Source: Heterodontus francisci (lineage: Eukaryota). Taken from it: DNA of 64,000 nucleotides. Under the pieces are notes generated by a model. The model worked only from the letters and a program-made list of their open reading frames with translations, ran no database searches and was not told the origin of the DNA. Position numbers and translations under genes: made by a program. Position 1 is the first letter of the stretch. Each line of letters begins with the position of its first letter. This document shows, one piece after another, positions 34,716 through 47,699 of this stretch. The stretch lies in NCBI RefSeq assembly GCF_036365525.1, contig NC_090374.1:169335708-169399707 (forward strand), in the 5' to 3' direction.

Positions 34716-37689
34716 AATATGATACCTGGTTAAAAAAGATTGATGTTTGGCCTAATTAATTAGTTGAAGACAATCGACAAAGCAATGCTAAACTGGCCTG
34801 GGTAATCACCATTGGTCAGCTGGCATTAATTTCTTTTTAAAATTCACACAAGTTCCAAATGAAGACGAACCTGAGGGAGTGAAAAATCACAATATGAAAT
34901 AAAATATAAATAACATACAAGCCTGTTGCACGCTAACAGCAGCAGTTCTCAGTATATAGATAATTCCAGTGATTTATTGTGGAAGTATTCAGATTGGGAT
35001 TTTGGATTTTCCTTTCCTAATCTGTGTGTGTCACTCGAAAGGAAAGCCCACCCCCATTTCACTCCTTTGTTTCTTCACTTTTATTCATTTTCTTTATTTC
35101 CCCTTTCTTTCTACTTTTCTGCTCAGCCCAGCCCATTCCCAACTGATAATTAAATGTCATTTTAACTAAACAAATTTTTTTTATCACGGAAGTCTCTAAT
35201 TAATTGCATGTTTGCATTTGTTGAAACCATATTTGACAGACCACATCCTAGAAAGAACAGAAGTAACACTGTTTCAGAAGTTTGTTTAAAGACTGAATTA
35301 CACCTTCTACCTCCCCGCTCCACCCCACCCACAACCGAAAAATCTGAGAGCAGGACTTAAAGTTACTCATTTGAAACCCTTATCAATGTTCCAGACCATC
35401 CGGAATGCTGAACTCAAATTGAATTTTCCCAGGAGGCTGAAAGGAGTCTTATGTGCACTTGAAGTGTCTGAGAGTGTGACAGAAGGAGGTTGCTGCCAAA
35501 GCTGTACCTTTGCAGAAGATCACAGTGACATAGTGACATTGTGCACAAGAGGGTGAGAGCGAATAGTTCAGCCTTTACGAGGCCTGCGGGTTATGGGGCG
35601 GTGGTTGGGGGGGCGGAGAGGAAGAATCCAGTGTCGACAATGAACCGCAGGGTATGCGCGAGGTGTGTGTCTGTGTTTGTCAGTGCATCAGCATGCTTGT
35701 ATGAGTGTGCACACAAGTGTGTGTGTGTCAGTTTGTGCATGTGTCAGTGTGTGGTTGGTATGCGTTAGTACATGCTGGTCTGTATGGTTTGTGTGTGTCG
35801 GGGGGCTGTGGTCTTGATGGGTTAAAAGAATTCTGCAGTGGTCATGTTAAGAATTGCTGATAGCCACATTGTGAGGTGGGCTGCGTTTACGGGTCACGTT
35901 TATGGGCTGTGTTTCTCCCAGCCTTCACACTATTGTAGAATATCAACTCCAACAGGAAATGAGGTCATGAGTGATGATTTCATTGTTTGTGGAGGCTGAT
36001 TAGACTTGATGCAGAAATGCTCTCTCGTGCTACGAGATGCTTAAAAGTAATTTAGTTTAAATTAATTTATGTTCCCGTTACAAGATGATTAATCACTGCT
36101 AACACTTGGAGCAAGCACATTTGAGGGTGAGACATATGCTATTGTTTTAACTGCACCATCATTCATAACAGTTCAAAGGTATATGATTGATCTTTTGAAT
36201 ACTGACTGATAATGGGTGCTAAATAATATGTTATAATTACCTTTTACCTGTGGAAGAGAGGGAGAGAGGCAATTAATCCCTGTCCCTTTTGCAATGATAG
36301 GCTTTGGGAGTTTTGTGTCACTTTTGGACACATGGAAAACATGCTCCTGATGTCATTTCCTCTTGCAGCTCACATTCCAAGTCAGAACTGTAGATCCACT
36401 TCAAAGGCAGTCAAGGTACAGCCACGTTCTCTCAAACTGCAGAGAGTCTCGACTGATTGAGAATTGGAAGGTGCATCACATGGGAGTAAGTGCTGCTGGA
36501 TATTTAGTGTCATCATACTGTATTAGCTGTGTTTGTTTTAATTGTCATGAAATGATAATATGAGGAATCCTCAACTTCACATCAACTGTGTAATTACAGG
36601 AAAAATTACTTTTTGAAGGTAGAGAATCTGGATGCAGGTTGCTTTAGAAGATAACATGCTCACTTCTAGTATTGCAAAGACTATTGTATGTCACAATGTC
36701 ACCTGCTGTGCCTGTGTGCTGTAATTAAGGGGTTAATGTAGTCCAGGATGGGCAAGAACACAGTACCAGTTCTCATCAGGTTGTTTCTATAGTCTTTATC
36801 CTTTGTTCTCTTGCGAGATTTCCATTATTGGCTTTTTCCATTTGCTGTTGCATCTTGAGATTACGAAGATTCTTTGCACCTGGTTCTACAAACCTCCTGC
36901 TGCACACTGCCTGGTCAGCTCGCTACTGGTGAAGGACCATGCATACATTTATCTTTGATTTTGATGCAACCTTGCTGAGTCAGGCCGCCTTCCCTCTGTC
37001 CCACCAACTTCCTCTCACTTTGCTGCCATGCCCAATGCCTTGTTGCCTTGTTCTCCCATTTCTGCTCTTGCTCCTACCGAGATGTCTTGGAAGTTATTTG
37101 GAGACTCTTTCACTGTCTACTCCGCAGTGTCTTACAAACAGGCTCTTAAAATCAGACCCTGTTACTTGATTGTGGATTTGAATGTATGTTAATAAGGATC
37201 AAGGAGATATAAGTGTTTATTAAATACAAGTGGTGAAGGAGGATAGGTTTGGAAATATGGGAATAAGATATAAATGCTAGTGTTTACAGATTATTTGTAA
37301 GTTTATAAATCGTGTGTGATGTAATAGTATTAAGGATAGAATTTACAGATAATTGTAATGTCACATGAGCAATCAGATTGGAAGAGGAATAATCTTCTGG
37401 TTTGGATGCTTGGTGCCGATTGATAAACAGTCCCTGAATCCAGTGATCACAGGTGAATCAAGTTGAGTTGAGGCTGGTTTCTTACACTTCCTGAATTCTC
37501 AATGTAATCTACTATTGTAAACTGAACAAACTCATGAACTGATGCTTGGCTGAGGGGTTGGGGTGAACATTGGCTTTGTTCTTTGGGTTAGATTTGGACA
37601 TAGGGTTAAAGGTGAAATCATTTCAAGCAGTCACTTTAGTTTGGTTAATGGAACTTCCTCTGTAATAGAGAGATTTGCACGTTGAGCGA

Positions 37690-38095
37690 GAAAGAAAGAC
37701 TTGCATTTATATAGGGCCTTTCAAGACCTCAGGGCATCTCAAAGCACTTTACAGCCAATGAAGGATAGTCACTGTTGTAATGCAGGAAACATGGCAGCCA
37801 ATTTGCACACAGAAAGATCCCACAAATAACAATGATAAATATGACCAAATAATCTGTTTTACTGATGTTGGTTGAAGGATGAATATTGGCTAGGACACCA
37901 GGGAGAACTCCCCTGCTCTTCTTTGAAATAGTGCTATGGGATCTACCTGAGATGGTAGATGGGGCCTCAGTTTAACATCTCATCTGAAAGACTGACCCTC
38001 CGACAGTGCAGCACTCCCTCAATACTGCACTGGGAATGTCAGTCTCGATTTTGTGCTCAAGTCTCTGGAGCAGGACATGAACCCACAACCTACAG
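37690..38095 (-). mobile_element. Deu-SINE, near full length
   Basis: Reverse complement of 15765-16165. Confidence 0.87.
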
Positions 38096-38230
38096 CCTGT
38101 AAGGACAAGAGCATTATACTGTGTTTATTATGTAATGACACATAATTTAGATGCAGCTTTATATAACTTCTGTGTCATACAATTTATTTACAATTTGTAT
38201 ATGAAGTTTCATCTAATTTATTTGTCATAG

Positions 38231-38294
38231 GGATACATTGCTACAGTCTGGACTCAGTATTGGAGTCTGCTTGGGTGGAATGCATGAAGCCGTT
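38231..38294 (+). other. Candidate 64-nt internal exon of an unidentified host gene
   Basis: Branch-like TCTAAT, acceptor TTATTTGTCATAG, donor GTGAGT. Two frames are open (DTLLQSGLSIGVCLGGMHEAV; IHCYSLDSVLESAWVECMKP). Unique sequence. Confidence 0.4.
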
Positions 38295-38479
38295 GTGAGT
38301 CAGTAGCTTCATTACTGTAATATACTTACTTTTTTGGACTTTCAAGAACATTTTTGTAGAGGAAAACATAAATTCAGTGTAGGAGGTGGTGGGGGACAGT
38401 CAGAATGGATGTGAGGGGAGTAGGACTGCCATCTAGGGTAGTAGCAATTTGGGACACTGCCCCCCAAATGCTAAGGGAC

Positions 38480-38662
38480 AATTAGATTTTTGTGGGGTAA
38501 GGCTAGCAAAGAATATGGAGCAAAAGCAGGTGAATGGATTGAATTACAACTCAGCCAAGATCTAATTGAATGGCAGTACAGGCTCAAGGGGCTGAATGGC
38601 CTCCTCCTGTTCCTAATGTAACAGGCTCAAGGGGCTGAATGGCCTCCTCCTGTTCCAATGTA
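38480..38662 (+). mobile_element. CR1 3' UTR ending in a tandem duplication of ~43 bp
   Basis: ACAGGCTCAAGGGGCTGAATGGCCTCCTCCTGTTCC occurs at 38578 and again at 38621. Confidence 0.85.
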
Positions 38663-39304
38663 TGGAGTAACACCGAGGATTGTGGTAAGCAGACTAATTC
38701 ATGGGAATGCCAGTCTCCTCGGGTGTCTTGTACTGAGATGTGACTGGATTAGAAGCGACAATGCAGGAATGAGGGCACGAAGAAAATGTATTTACTTTTG
38801 ATTAAATCCTCATTGATTCAACACATGCAAGATAGGCAAGAAGCACTCGAGGTTAGATTTCAAACATTATTTGTATGTAACTACAGCATTAGGCGCCTTT
38901 GTTTGGATTCACGCTATGTTGTTGCAATATTAACTCTGCTTACAGCATATGGTAATGCGAAAACTGTTGACCTTCTCAGAATCACAGCCACACCTTTGGA
39001 AGATACCTGGCCTGAGCTCATTCTCATTTGTGGGGAGATATATATGGTCTTCATTTAGAATTGTCCCACACCAACACGGCAGAAACAGGAACTCACTGTG
39101 TGAGGAACCATGAAAGACAGACCAGCTGATCAGATATGAGAATGGTCAGTGGTGCTGGATTGCTAATTATTCTCAGTATCTCCATAGTGGAACAAAGGCT
39201 GAATTCCTGTGAGGTCAGCAGCATGGCAGGTCTCTGAGCTCCCTGTGGGTCACATACCCAAATTTAAATGGTATAAAGAGGTCAAGGTAACCACATATCT
39301 GCAA

Positions 39305-39635
39305 CGTGCCAAGGCTCCTGTGACAGCACCTCCCAAACCTGCAAACTCCACCAGCTAGAAGCACAAGGGCAGTAGATTCATGGGAACGTCACCACCTCCA
39401 AGTTCCCATCCAGTCTCATACCATGCTGACTTGGAACTACATCGCCGTTCCTTGATTCTCACTGGATCAAAATACTGGAACTCTCTCCCTAACAGCATTG
39501 CGGGTGTCCATATACCACATGGACTGCAGTGGCTCAAGAAGGCAGGTCACTGCAACCTTCTCGCGGGCAATTAGGGATGGGCAATAAATGCTGGCCTCGC
39601 CAGTAATGGCCACATCCTGAAAATTAATTTTTTTT
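39305..39635 (+). mobile_element. 3' end of a Jockey-group LINE (same family as 53785-55470 and 62070-63272)
   Basis: TGSKYWNSLPNSIAG...GLQWLKKAGHCNLL. The tail matches 63200-63272. Confidence 0.82.
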
Positions 39636-40536
39636 AAAATTATGATTCATCATTAAACTAGAGCATCACCTTTGGAACCATCTCATTCCAGTTCCAACTT
39701 GGATGTATTTGGACAATGCTGCTGCAAACTGGCAGTCAGTTCATCTCCCTCCATATTGTCCCTCCTTTTATCTCACCACAAGTTAACCTACTATCCCCCT
39801 CATGTGCCATCTTCCAACATTGTATTGCCAGCGAGATTAAAGGAATAGAATAATAATTTACTGTCTAAATATATGTTTGTGCAAATATTCTGTGTACACC
39901 TGCAAAGTCTGACATGTGCACGCGTGCAAGGCTCTCAGAGCTTCAATTTAAATTGTTAAATCAAAGGCATAGATGCTTTACTGGAGCCGATCAGCGGTGC
40001 AAAGGCAGCCTCGCCTGATGTACCTGCCAAATGTGACCCTGGCTCTCCACGTAAAGGCAGGGGTACGGAGCCTGACTCCCTGCTCCCACTGCCACGGGTG
40101 TTTCCAATGCTAGTTTTGTTCCTTTTTATTCTGACTTTCGGAATTTGAACAGATACTTTTTATTTGGCCGAACGCAGAATGTTCTCAGTGAAAAGCATCG
40201 TTCTTTGCGCTACCTGTGGCCAAGTCTCCAAGTCTGTGCATGTGTGCCTGAAATCATCAGCAGCTTGTATATCTTTTTGTTACAATTAACCTTGCTCTTT
40301 GTCCCTCTGGTCCCTTGTTAAGGTAGAAAGCCCAGTTCGATTGGAGTGTGCGCTGTATTAGTTTGTGTGATTTATTGACTGACTGACGAATAGCTGTAGG
40401 GTCTGACAGTGGGGTGTACCACCGCACTTTGTTCAGTCTTTCTCTCTCGCTCTCTGCTTGCTCCTTCGAGCAGGAGACAGCAGCAGCTGCTGCCGGGAGC
40501 AGATCAGTTGAGAGGTGCCTTGGCTTGCCTGAGAAC

Positions 40537-40552
40537 ATGTCAGACTTTACAG
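40537..40552 (+). other. Candidate coding end of an alternative first exon (MSDFT, phase 1)
   Basis: GAGAACATG has A at -3. ATGTCAGACTTTACAG is followed by donor GTTTGT. A GC-richer leader lies at ~40430-40536 and a reverse CCAAT at 40340-40344. Confidence 0.3.
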
Positions 40553-40904
40553 GTTTGTTGTTTTACACTGAGGGTGCAGCCATCGTCTAAAAGTATTGAT
40601 TCTTTTCTTGTACAAAGACAGAACCTGTCAGCTCAGCAGCCTGACCTCAGTAGAGCTCAGACAACTATTCCCCATCCAGCCTGAAGGACAAACCCCACAG
40701 GAAAACTGCGTGCGAGATGTGCCGATGTCCATTTCACACAACACAGTGAGCCCAGCCTCAGCCCTCAGAGGAGGCCAGCAGTGTCTCTGTGCCATGTCCA
40801 CAGAAATGACAAGGCTTCAGTTTTACAGGAATAACTCTCAGAATGAAAAACAATGCCTGAGATTTTTCAAACTTTTTTTTCCCTCTTTTATTTCTGGAAT
40901 ATGA

Positions 40905-41270
40905 AGAAATGAGTTATATTACACCTTTCACAAACTTAATGTCCCTAAGCACTTTACAGCCTATACTATTTGACGTGTAGTCACTGTTGTAATGTAGGAA
41001 ATGTGGCAGCCAATTTGCACGCAGCAAGCTCCCACAAACAACAATTTGATAACTAGATAATCTGCTTCGGGTATTGGTTGAGGGACAAATGTTGGCCACA
41101 GGACTCAGGACCTGGGTTTAGCATTTCAGCCAAAAGACAGCACCTCCAGCAATGCAGCACTCCCTCAGTGCTGCATTGGAGCTTCTGCCTGGATTGTGTA
41201 CTGAAATCTCTGTCGGGGGATTTGAACCCACATCTTTCTGTCTCGTGCTACCACCGAGCCACGGCTGACA
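40905..41270 (-). mobile_element. Deu-SINE with internal deletion
   Basis: Tail and head match the other copies. Part of the core is missing. Confidence 0.82.
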
Positions 41271-41374
41271 CCCTGTAAAGGAATTTGGGGGCAGGGAGAG
41301 GAATTCAGTCACCGCAAGTCTCTCTTTTTCATCATTGTCTTGCTAGGAGAGGAAACTAACAACTATGGATGTTG

Positions 41375-42840
41375 AAATCAAAGCGAAATGCTGGAAATAC
41401 TCAGGTCTGACGAAAAACTGTGTACAGAGCTAGAGTTAACGTTTCAGGTTAATAACCTAGAATCATAGAATGGTTTCAGCACAGAAGGAGGCCATTCAGC
41501 TCATCATGTCTGTGCCTGCTCTGTACAAGAGCAGCTCGGCTAGTCCTACCACCCCCTCCATCCTTTTCCTGTAGCCCTGCTTCGGATTATCTTCAGATAA
41601 TTATCCAGTTTTCTTTTGAATGCCTAGATTGTATCTGCCTCCACCACACCCTCTCAGCAGTGCTTTCCAGATCCTAACCACTCGCTGCGTAAAAATATTT
41701 TTCCCATGTCGCCATTGGTTCTTTTGCCAATCACCTTTAATCGGTGTTCTCTGTTCTTGACCTTTCCACCAATGGGAACAGTTTCTTTCTATTCCACTCT
41801 GTCCAGACCCCTCATGATTTTGAACACCTCTCTCAAATCTCCTCTCAACTTTCACTTCTTTAAGGAGAACAAACCCAGCTTCTCCAATCTATCCACGTAA
41901 CTGAATTTCCTCATCCCTGGAACCATTCTCGTAAATCTTTTCTTCACCCTCTCTGAACCCTTCACACTGTCCCTTAGGTGTGGTGCCCAGAATTGGACAC
42001 AATACTCCAGTTGAGGTTGAACCAGTGTTTTGTAAAGGTTCATCATAACATTCTTAATTTTGTACTCTATGCCTCTATTTATAAAGCCCAGGATCCTATA
42101 TGCCTTATTAACTGCTTTCTCAACCTGCCCTGCCACCTTCAGTGATATGTGCACATATACCCCTGGGTCCCTCTGTCCCTGCACCCGCTTTAGAATTGTA
42201 CCCTTTATTTTATATCGCATCTCCATGTTCTTCCTACCAAACTATATCATTTCTTACTTTTCTGTATTAAATTTCATCTGCCATACGCTCATTCCACCAG
42301 CCTATGTTCTCTTGAAGTTTATCACTATCCTCCATACAGTTCACAATACTTACACGTTTTATGTCATCTGCAAATTTTGAAATTGTGCCCTGTACACCCA
42401 AGTTTAGATCATTAATATAGATCAAGAAAAGCAGTGGGTCTAGCCCCTGAGAAACCCCACTGTATACCTTCCTCCAGCCTGAAAAACAACTGTTTTCCAC
42501 TCCTCTCTGTTTCCTGTCACTCATCCACCTTTGTATCCAAGTTGCCACTGTCCCTTTTATTCTATGGACTTCAACTTTGCTGAAAAGCCTGTTATGTGGC
42601 ACTTTATCAAATGCCTTTTGGAAGTCCACTTCAACTGCATTACCCTCCAATCCTCTGTTACCTCAAAAAACTCAATCAAGTTAGTTAAACACGATTTGCC
42701 CTTTACAAATCCGTGCTGGCTTTCCTATGGCCTTTCGCCAGAACTGGAATGATGAAAGGCCATCGACCAGACCTGCTGAGTATTTCCAGCAGTTTCTGTT
42801 CTTATTTCAGATTTCCAGCATCTACAGTATTTTGCTTTTG
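41375..42840. mobile_element. Penelope-like inverted element split by a CR1 (parts 41375-41458 and 42727-42840)
   Basis: The left part ends ...GTTAACGTTTCAGGTTAATAACCT. The right part resumes CCTTTCGCCAGAACTGG, then the inverted arm to TATTTTGCTTTT. Confidence 0.65.
41459..42726 (-). mobile_element. 5'-truncated CR1 (RT C-terminal half plus 3' UTR), inactivated
   Basis: DFQKAFDKVPHNRL, ISKFADDIK, LVQPQLEYCVQFWAPHL, with frameshifts. Confidence 0.93.
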
Positions 42841-43254
42841 TATGAATGTTGGACCCCACCACCCCCCCCCCCCCCACCCCCGCCAGCCCCCAAGCTGGCC
42901 AGTCAACATCTGCAAAGTGAAAGGAAAGCTTAATCTTTCAGGTGAGGATTCGCCTCTGAAAAACAGTTTTGATGAACATTAACCTGTCTTTTCTCTTTTC
43001 AGATGCTGTTGGATGTGCTGTTTCTTTTTGTACCTCACCATTTTTCACCTTTTTCCAAACTTCGGCACCCTGTACTCTCTGTGCAATTCCCAGTTCCATG
43101 GAGTCAGTGTTTTCTGCACTAGGCAGAGGTCATACAAACAGAAAGATGTATTTCCTAAGGTGCAAAAATTAACCTTCACTCTCTATTCCCATAGCACACA
43201 CCTGGGTCTACTAACAAGCCTGGAAATTTCACAGTGTGATATACTCAAAATACT

Positions 43255-43600
43255 CAACAACAATTACTTACATTTATATAGCATCTTTAACATTGTAAAA
43301 CATTCCAAGGCACTTCACAGGAGCTTTATCAAACAAAATTTGGTCAGAGGTAGGTTTTGCAGAGCGTCTTAAGGAAAGAAAGAGAGGGGGAGAGGTTTAG
43401 GGAGGGAATTCTAGAGCTTGGGGCCGAGGCAACTAAAGGCACAGCCACCAATGGTGGAGCAATTTAAAATCGGGGATGTGCAGGAGGTCAGAATTAGAGG
43501 AGCACAGATACCTCTGAGGGTTGTGGGACTGGAGGTGATTACAGAGATGGGGAGTAGCGAGGCCATGGAGGGATTTGAAAACGAAGATTAGAATTTATAA
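43255..43600 (-). mobile_element. L2 3' fragment
   Basis: Matches 8776-9095. Confidence 0.85.
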
Positions 43601-44419
43601 AATTCGCATATTAGTAACTGAGAAAGAAGCAAGATCTTCATGGGGGGATAAACCTCATGTGAGCACATGGACTATGAGTGACACAAAGACATGAAAAATG
43701 AGTAATAGCAGTGCAGATTGTGAGGCGAAAGGAGACAAACTGTGGATCATCAGCACAAAGATTCTGAGACAAATGTAGATTTTTAGCTTGCTTGCCCAGG
43801 TATAAAACTGGTGATTATGGATCGACCTCCCGTTATAGAAACTGCCTGGTTTCCATGTCCATTGATTTCCAGTAGAAAATCTATGCCACAGTCTCCATTG
43901 AGTAACCTGTGTTGCAGGGGATTGTTCCCCAGTGCCTGACACCTCTTCACTAAACCGCCGAGAATCAGTTATCCGAATCCTCCACTGGATCTCTGATGGA
44001 GAAACAATTGTTTCTGCAAAGCTACCTACTTTTGGGACCCAAATCCCAGTTCACTGGCAGAGGTTAAATGAAGGCTGTTGCTATGTCAAAACTACAAAAG
44101 CTGAGTCTTCCCCCTGTGCCTGCCCCTCCCCCCACAACCCTGTTTGAAAATGGAAAATTTTGGAGTACAGTTCCATGAGATCTGCCAGTACATCAGCCAG
44201 ATGACCATTCTTCATCTGTGAACCTGTCATTTTTATCTGGCTGTTCAACAATGAGAGGCGTCAATGCACGGCCCAGTCCTGTTTTCACCCATACAATTTT
44301 CAGCACAAGTCCCTGAAGCTACAGTCAGCAGAGGGCTGATTTTCCCCTTTATTCTAAGGGAATGTGTGCCATCGAATGCAGCAACAGCAGAACTTCAGAT
44401 AGCTGCAAAAAAAATCTAA

Positions 44420-44830
44420 TTAGAATTATCAAAACTTGCAGCACAGAAGGAGGCTCTTTGAAAGAGTTATCCAGTTAGTCCCACTCCCCTGTTCTTTCCC
44501 CATAGCTCTGCAATTTTTTCCTGTTCAAGTATTTATCTAATTTCCTTTTTGAATCTGCTTCCACCACCATTTCAGGCAGTGCATTCCAGATCAGAATGAC
44601 TCGCTGCTTTAAACAAAAAACTCCTCATCTCTCCCTCTCGTTCTTTTGCCAATTACCTTACATCTGTGTCCTCTGGCTATTGACCCTCCTGCTACTGGAA
44701 ACAATATCTCCTTATTTACTCGATCAAAACCCTTCATGATTTGAACACCTCGATTAAATCTCCCCTTAACCTTCTCTGCTCGAAGAAGAACAATCCCAGC
44801 TTCTGCTGTCTCCTCACCTAACTGAAGTCC
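44420..44830 (-). mobile_element. CR1 3' fragment
   Basis: Matches 22490-22895. Confidence 0.85.
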
Positions 44831-46777
44831 TGGATTCCTTCAGCTTACTCTGGGGTGCAAATTCAGTTCCATGCTCTTCTTTTCCTTTCCTTGTATCTCA
44901 TATCCTTTAAAAGCAAATGAAATGCTGCCCAATTCCTAAATGGCACAAGGTAATTCAACAATATCACTCGCATTTCCAGAGATTTATTTCATATTGATGC
45001 TGATGAACAGGATTTGATCTTTGATAAATTTCCAATGAAGTTCCTTGGCAGGCTTTGGAATAATGTATCATCTTAGACATGAACAAATAGTACATGAGTG
45101 TGTTCACAGCTTCCAGCCTTGGGACTGATCTTTTGCCTCATCATTGGAGGCTAAAGTAGTTTTTGGGAATAGGATAATCTACAGTCTTGGTGAGCTTGGC
45201 TTGGAGTTAGTAGAATTGCAGTTTGTTCATCTTGCTGTGCTTTAGCTACTTTGACACTATATATTTGTGATCACTCTGAAATGACAGTAGACTTCCCCCG
45301 ACTTAAGTGTACTGTATGTATATCTGAACAACCTATTTCCCATGTTTCAAAGCATCCAGTTAGCACCCCTGTTTAATAAATATAGTAGGAACCTGTGTGC
45401 TGATGACTTTTGCACGTAGTTTGATTAATTCCTGGATTGAAAGAATGGCACTGGTGTTGGACAGAATTGATTCAATACTCCTCCCATCGAAAGGAATTCA
45501 AACAGAGAAGGCTACTGCCCCTGCTGTCGCTCCTCTTAGGAAGCGTTAGCCAAATACTGAAGGAACTTTTGTAGATTTCCTAGCTATGAGTAACACTACG
45601 AGGACGCGATTTCTTTGAGGCGTGAGATTTATAGCCAGTGGACAACAGACCCCATTTACTCAAACATCCCGAATGCTACTGTCAGGGGAATTGTGAATTT
45701 GAATTGGTATACTGCCCATCCACTACAGGAGCGGTCTGCGGAGCAGTACAGAATTATATTTGTTTAATATTTTTCCTCAATTAGGAGGGCACTAGCTGAT
45801 AAAATACAACCACGAGGAACAGTTTTCTCCTGTGTTATGTACACCTAGGAAGTATTTGTTGTCCTCCTCCTGACAACCTGTGAAAACAGTGATCTACCTG
45901 TTTCAGTGTTTGTCTTGGCTGGGGAAGGATTGTGGTAATAGAGTTGTTGCTGATGGGGAGGTTTGTGCTGCAGCGCAAAGCTGATTCAAAGCTGTGGCAG
46001 GTCACTCGCTGTTTGTGCTTCTGGCTGTCTCATCCACACAAGTATCTCGCCAACACAACTATAGTTTGCCAATGGCATGGGAAGATCCCACACTCTTGCA
46101 TTGCACCAATCCTTGTTATGTTCACAGTTCCTGAAATTTCCCAGGTGTGCAAATTGAAAGAGCAGGTCAGACCGAGTGTGCAAGAATGGCTCCTGGTCAT
46201 GTGTGGAGCATTCTCTGAGCCCTGTGTCTTAATGCTTCTTCCTTCAATATAAATACATCCAACATGATTGTACTTTCATACTCCAGAGCAGAGGTCATAA
46301 CACCAGCTTGCTTATACAACCCAGAAGCAATTAATAAACATATTAATCATCTGTTTTGTATGAATATGACCCATAGAAAGTGTTTGTATGAGAGAGAAAG
46401 AAAAGGGCAAGTTTAAATTAATTTTAAAGATAAATTCCACTTTTGATCAATTATTGGACCACCTTCCATTGTTAATTTAATCTTCCAGCTGTTGAATATT
46501 CCATGGATTTAGTTTTTATTGAATTATTTTGTGACTGTATTCTTCCTGCACTGATTCTAAGGTCTCTCAAAGATGGGCTGTAATTGTGCATTGCATGATA
46601 TTTGGACATGAGCATTACTGAGTTCATGTAAAATTCATTCATTGGCTGTTTGGATTGGTAACCCACTGAAATAAATCATGGCCCCTAAATTGGGAAGTTA
46701 CATCCACAGTGCTGAGGGGAGGTGGGAGGGAAATCAGCCAAGTGACCAATGTACTGCACTTGGTAATGATGAGACCA

Positions 46778-47165
46778 CAGCAACTTGCCATTATATAGCA
46801 CCTGTAGCAAAGTAAAATGTTCCATGTCGCTTCACAGGAGCGTTATCAGACAAAAATTTCACTTCGAGCTGGATATGTTAGGACAGGTGAGAGGAGAGAG
46901 AGCTGGAGAGGTTTAGGGAGGGAATTCCAGAGCTTAGGCTCTAGGCAGCTGAAGGCATAGCCACCAATGGTAGAGCAATTAAAGTTGGGATGATCAAGAG
47001 GCCAGAATTAGAGAAGTTTAGATATCTCAGAGGGTTGTGGGGTTGGAGGAGTTTACAGAGATAGCATTTGAAAACAAGAATGAGAATTTTAAAATTTGAG
47101 GTGCTGCCAGACTGAGACAACGTAGGTCAGCGAGCACAGGGATGAAGGGTGAACGGGACTTTGGT
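46778..47165 (-). mobile_element. L2 3' fragment
   Basis: Matches 7843-8243. Confidence 0.85.
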
Positions 47166-47699
47166 CGATGTAACTTCTGACCTTCCTACTCTTTATGGTC
47201 CAATACTACAACAGGAGTGTACTTGAACATTATCGGAGGGCCTCAGCATGGTTAACAGTAATCATGGACAATGCTGAGAGTTCACATTGTGGGCACTTCA
47301 CGAATTGTTGCCAGTACTGAAAATGATCCTGCTCACCTCTGACTAACTGAGCAGTTGACACAAAGCTGGTGCCCCCAGATTGGGTTCTCTGGAGAGGTTT
47401 TGAATTCTGACACTGTTTCTGCAGTAGATCTGGGTTAACTATGTGACCGAGAGGTTCATGTCGCAGAGGCAGAGAATAAATATTCATGACCAGATACCCC
47501 AGTTTCTTTATTCAGGGTTGGTGGAGGTAGATTGAGAGAGGGGTATTGCACCTTGTTATGGCAAACACAGTGAAAGGGTAACACTTGCAATATATATTGT
47601 AAACAAGCAATAATCTCACTATTTCAGGAGTCTCATTCCATGTAGCTACAAATGGAAGCAAATTACTCAGCTGTAACTTGATGATTTAACAGTTACCCT

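Noticed and set aside
35590-35657. GC boxes followed by ATGAACCGCAGG|GTATGC as a first exon
   Set aside because: Signals are short, the donor is weak, and it adjoins a TG low-complexity tract.
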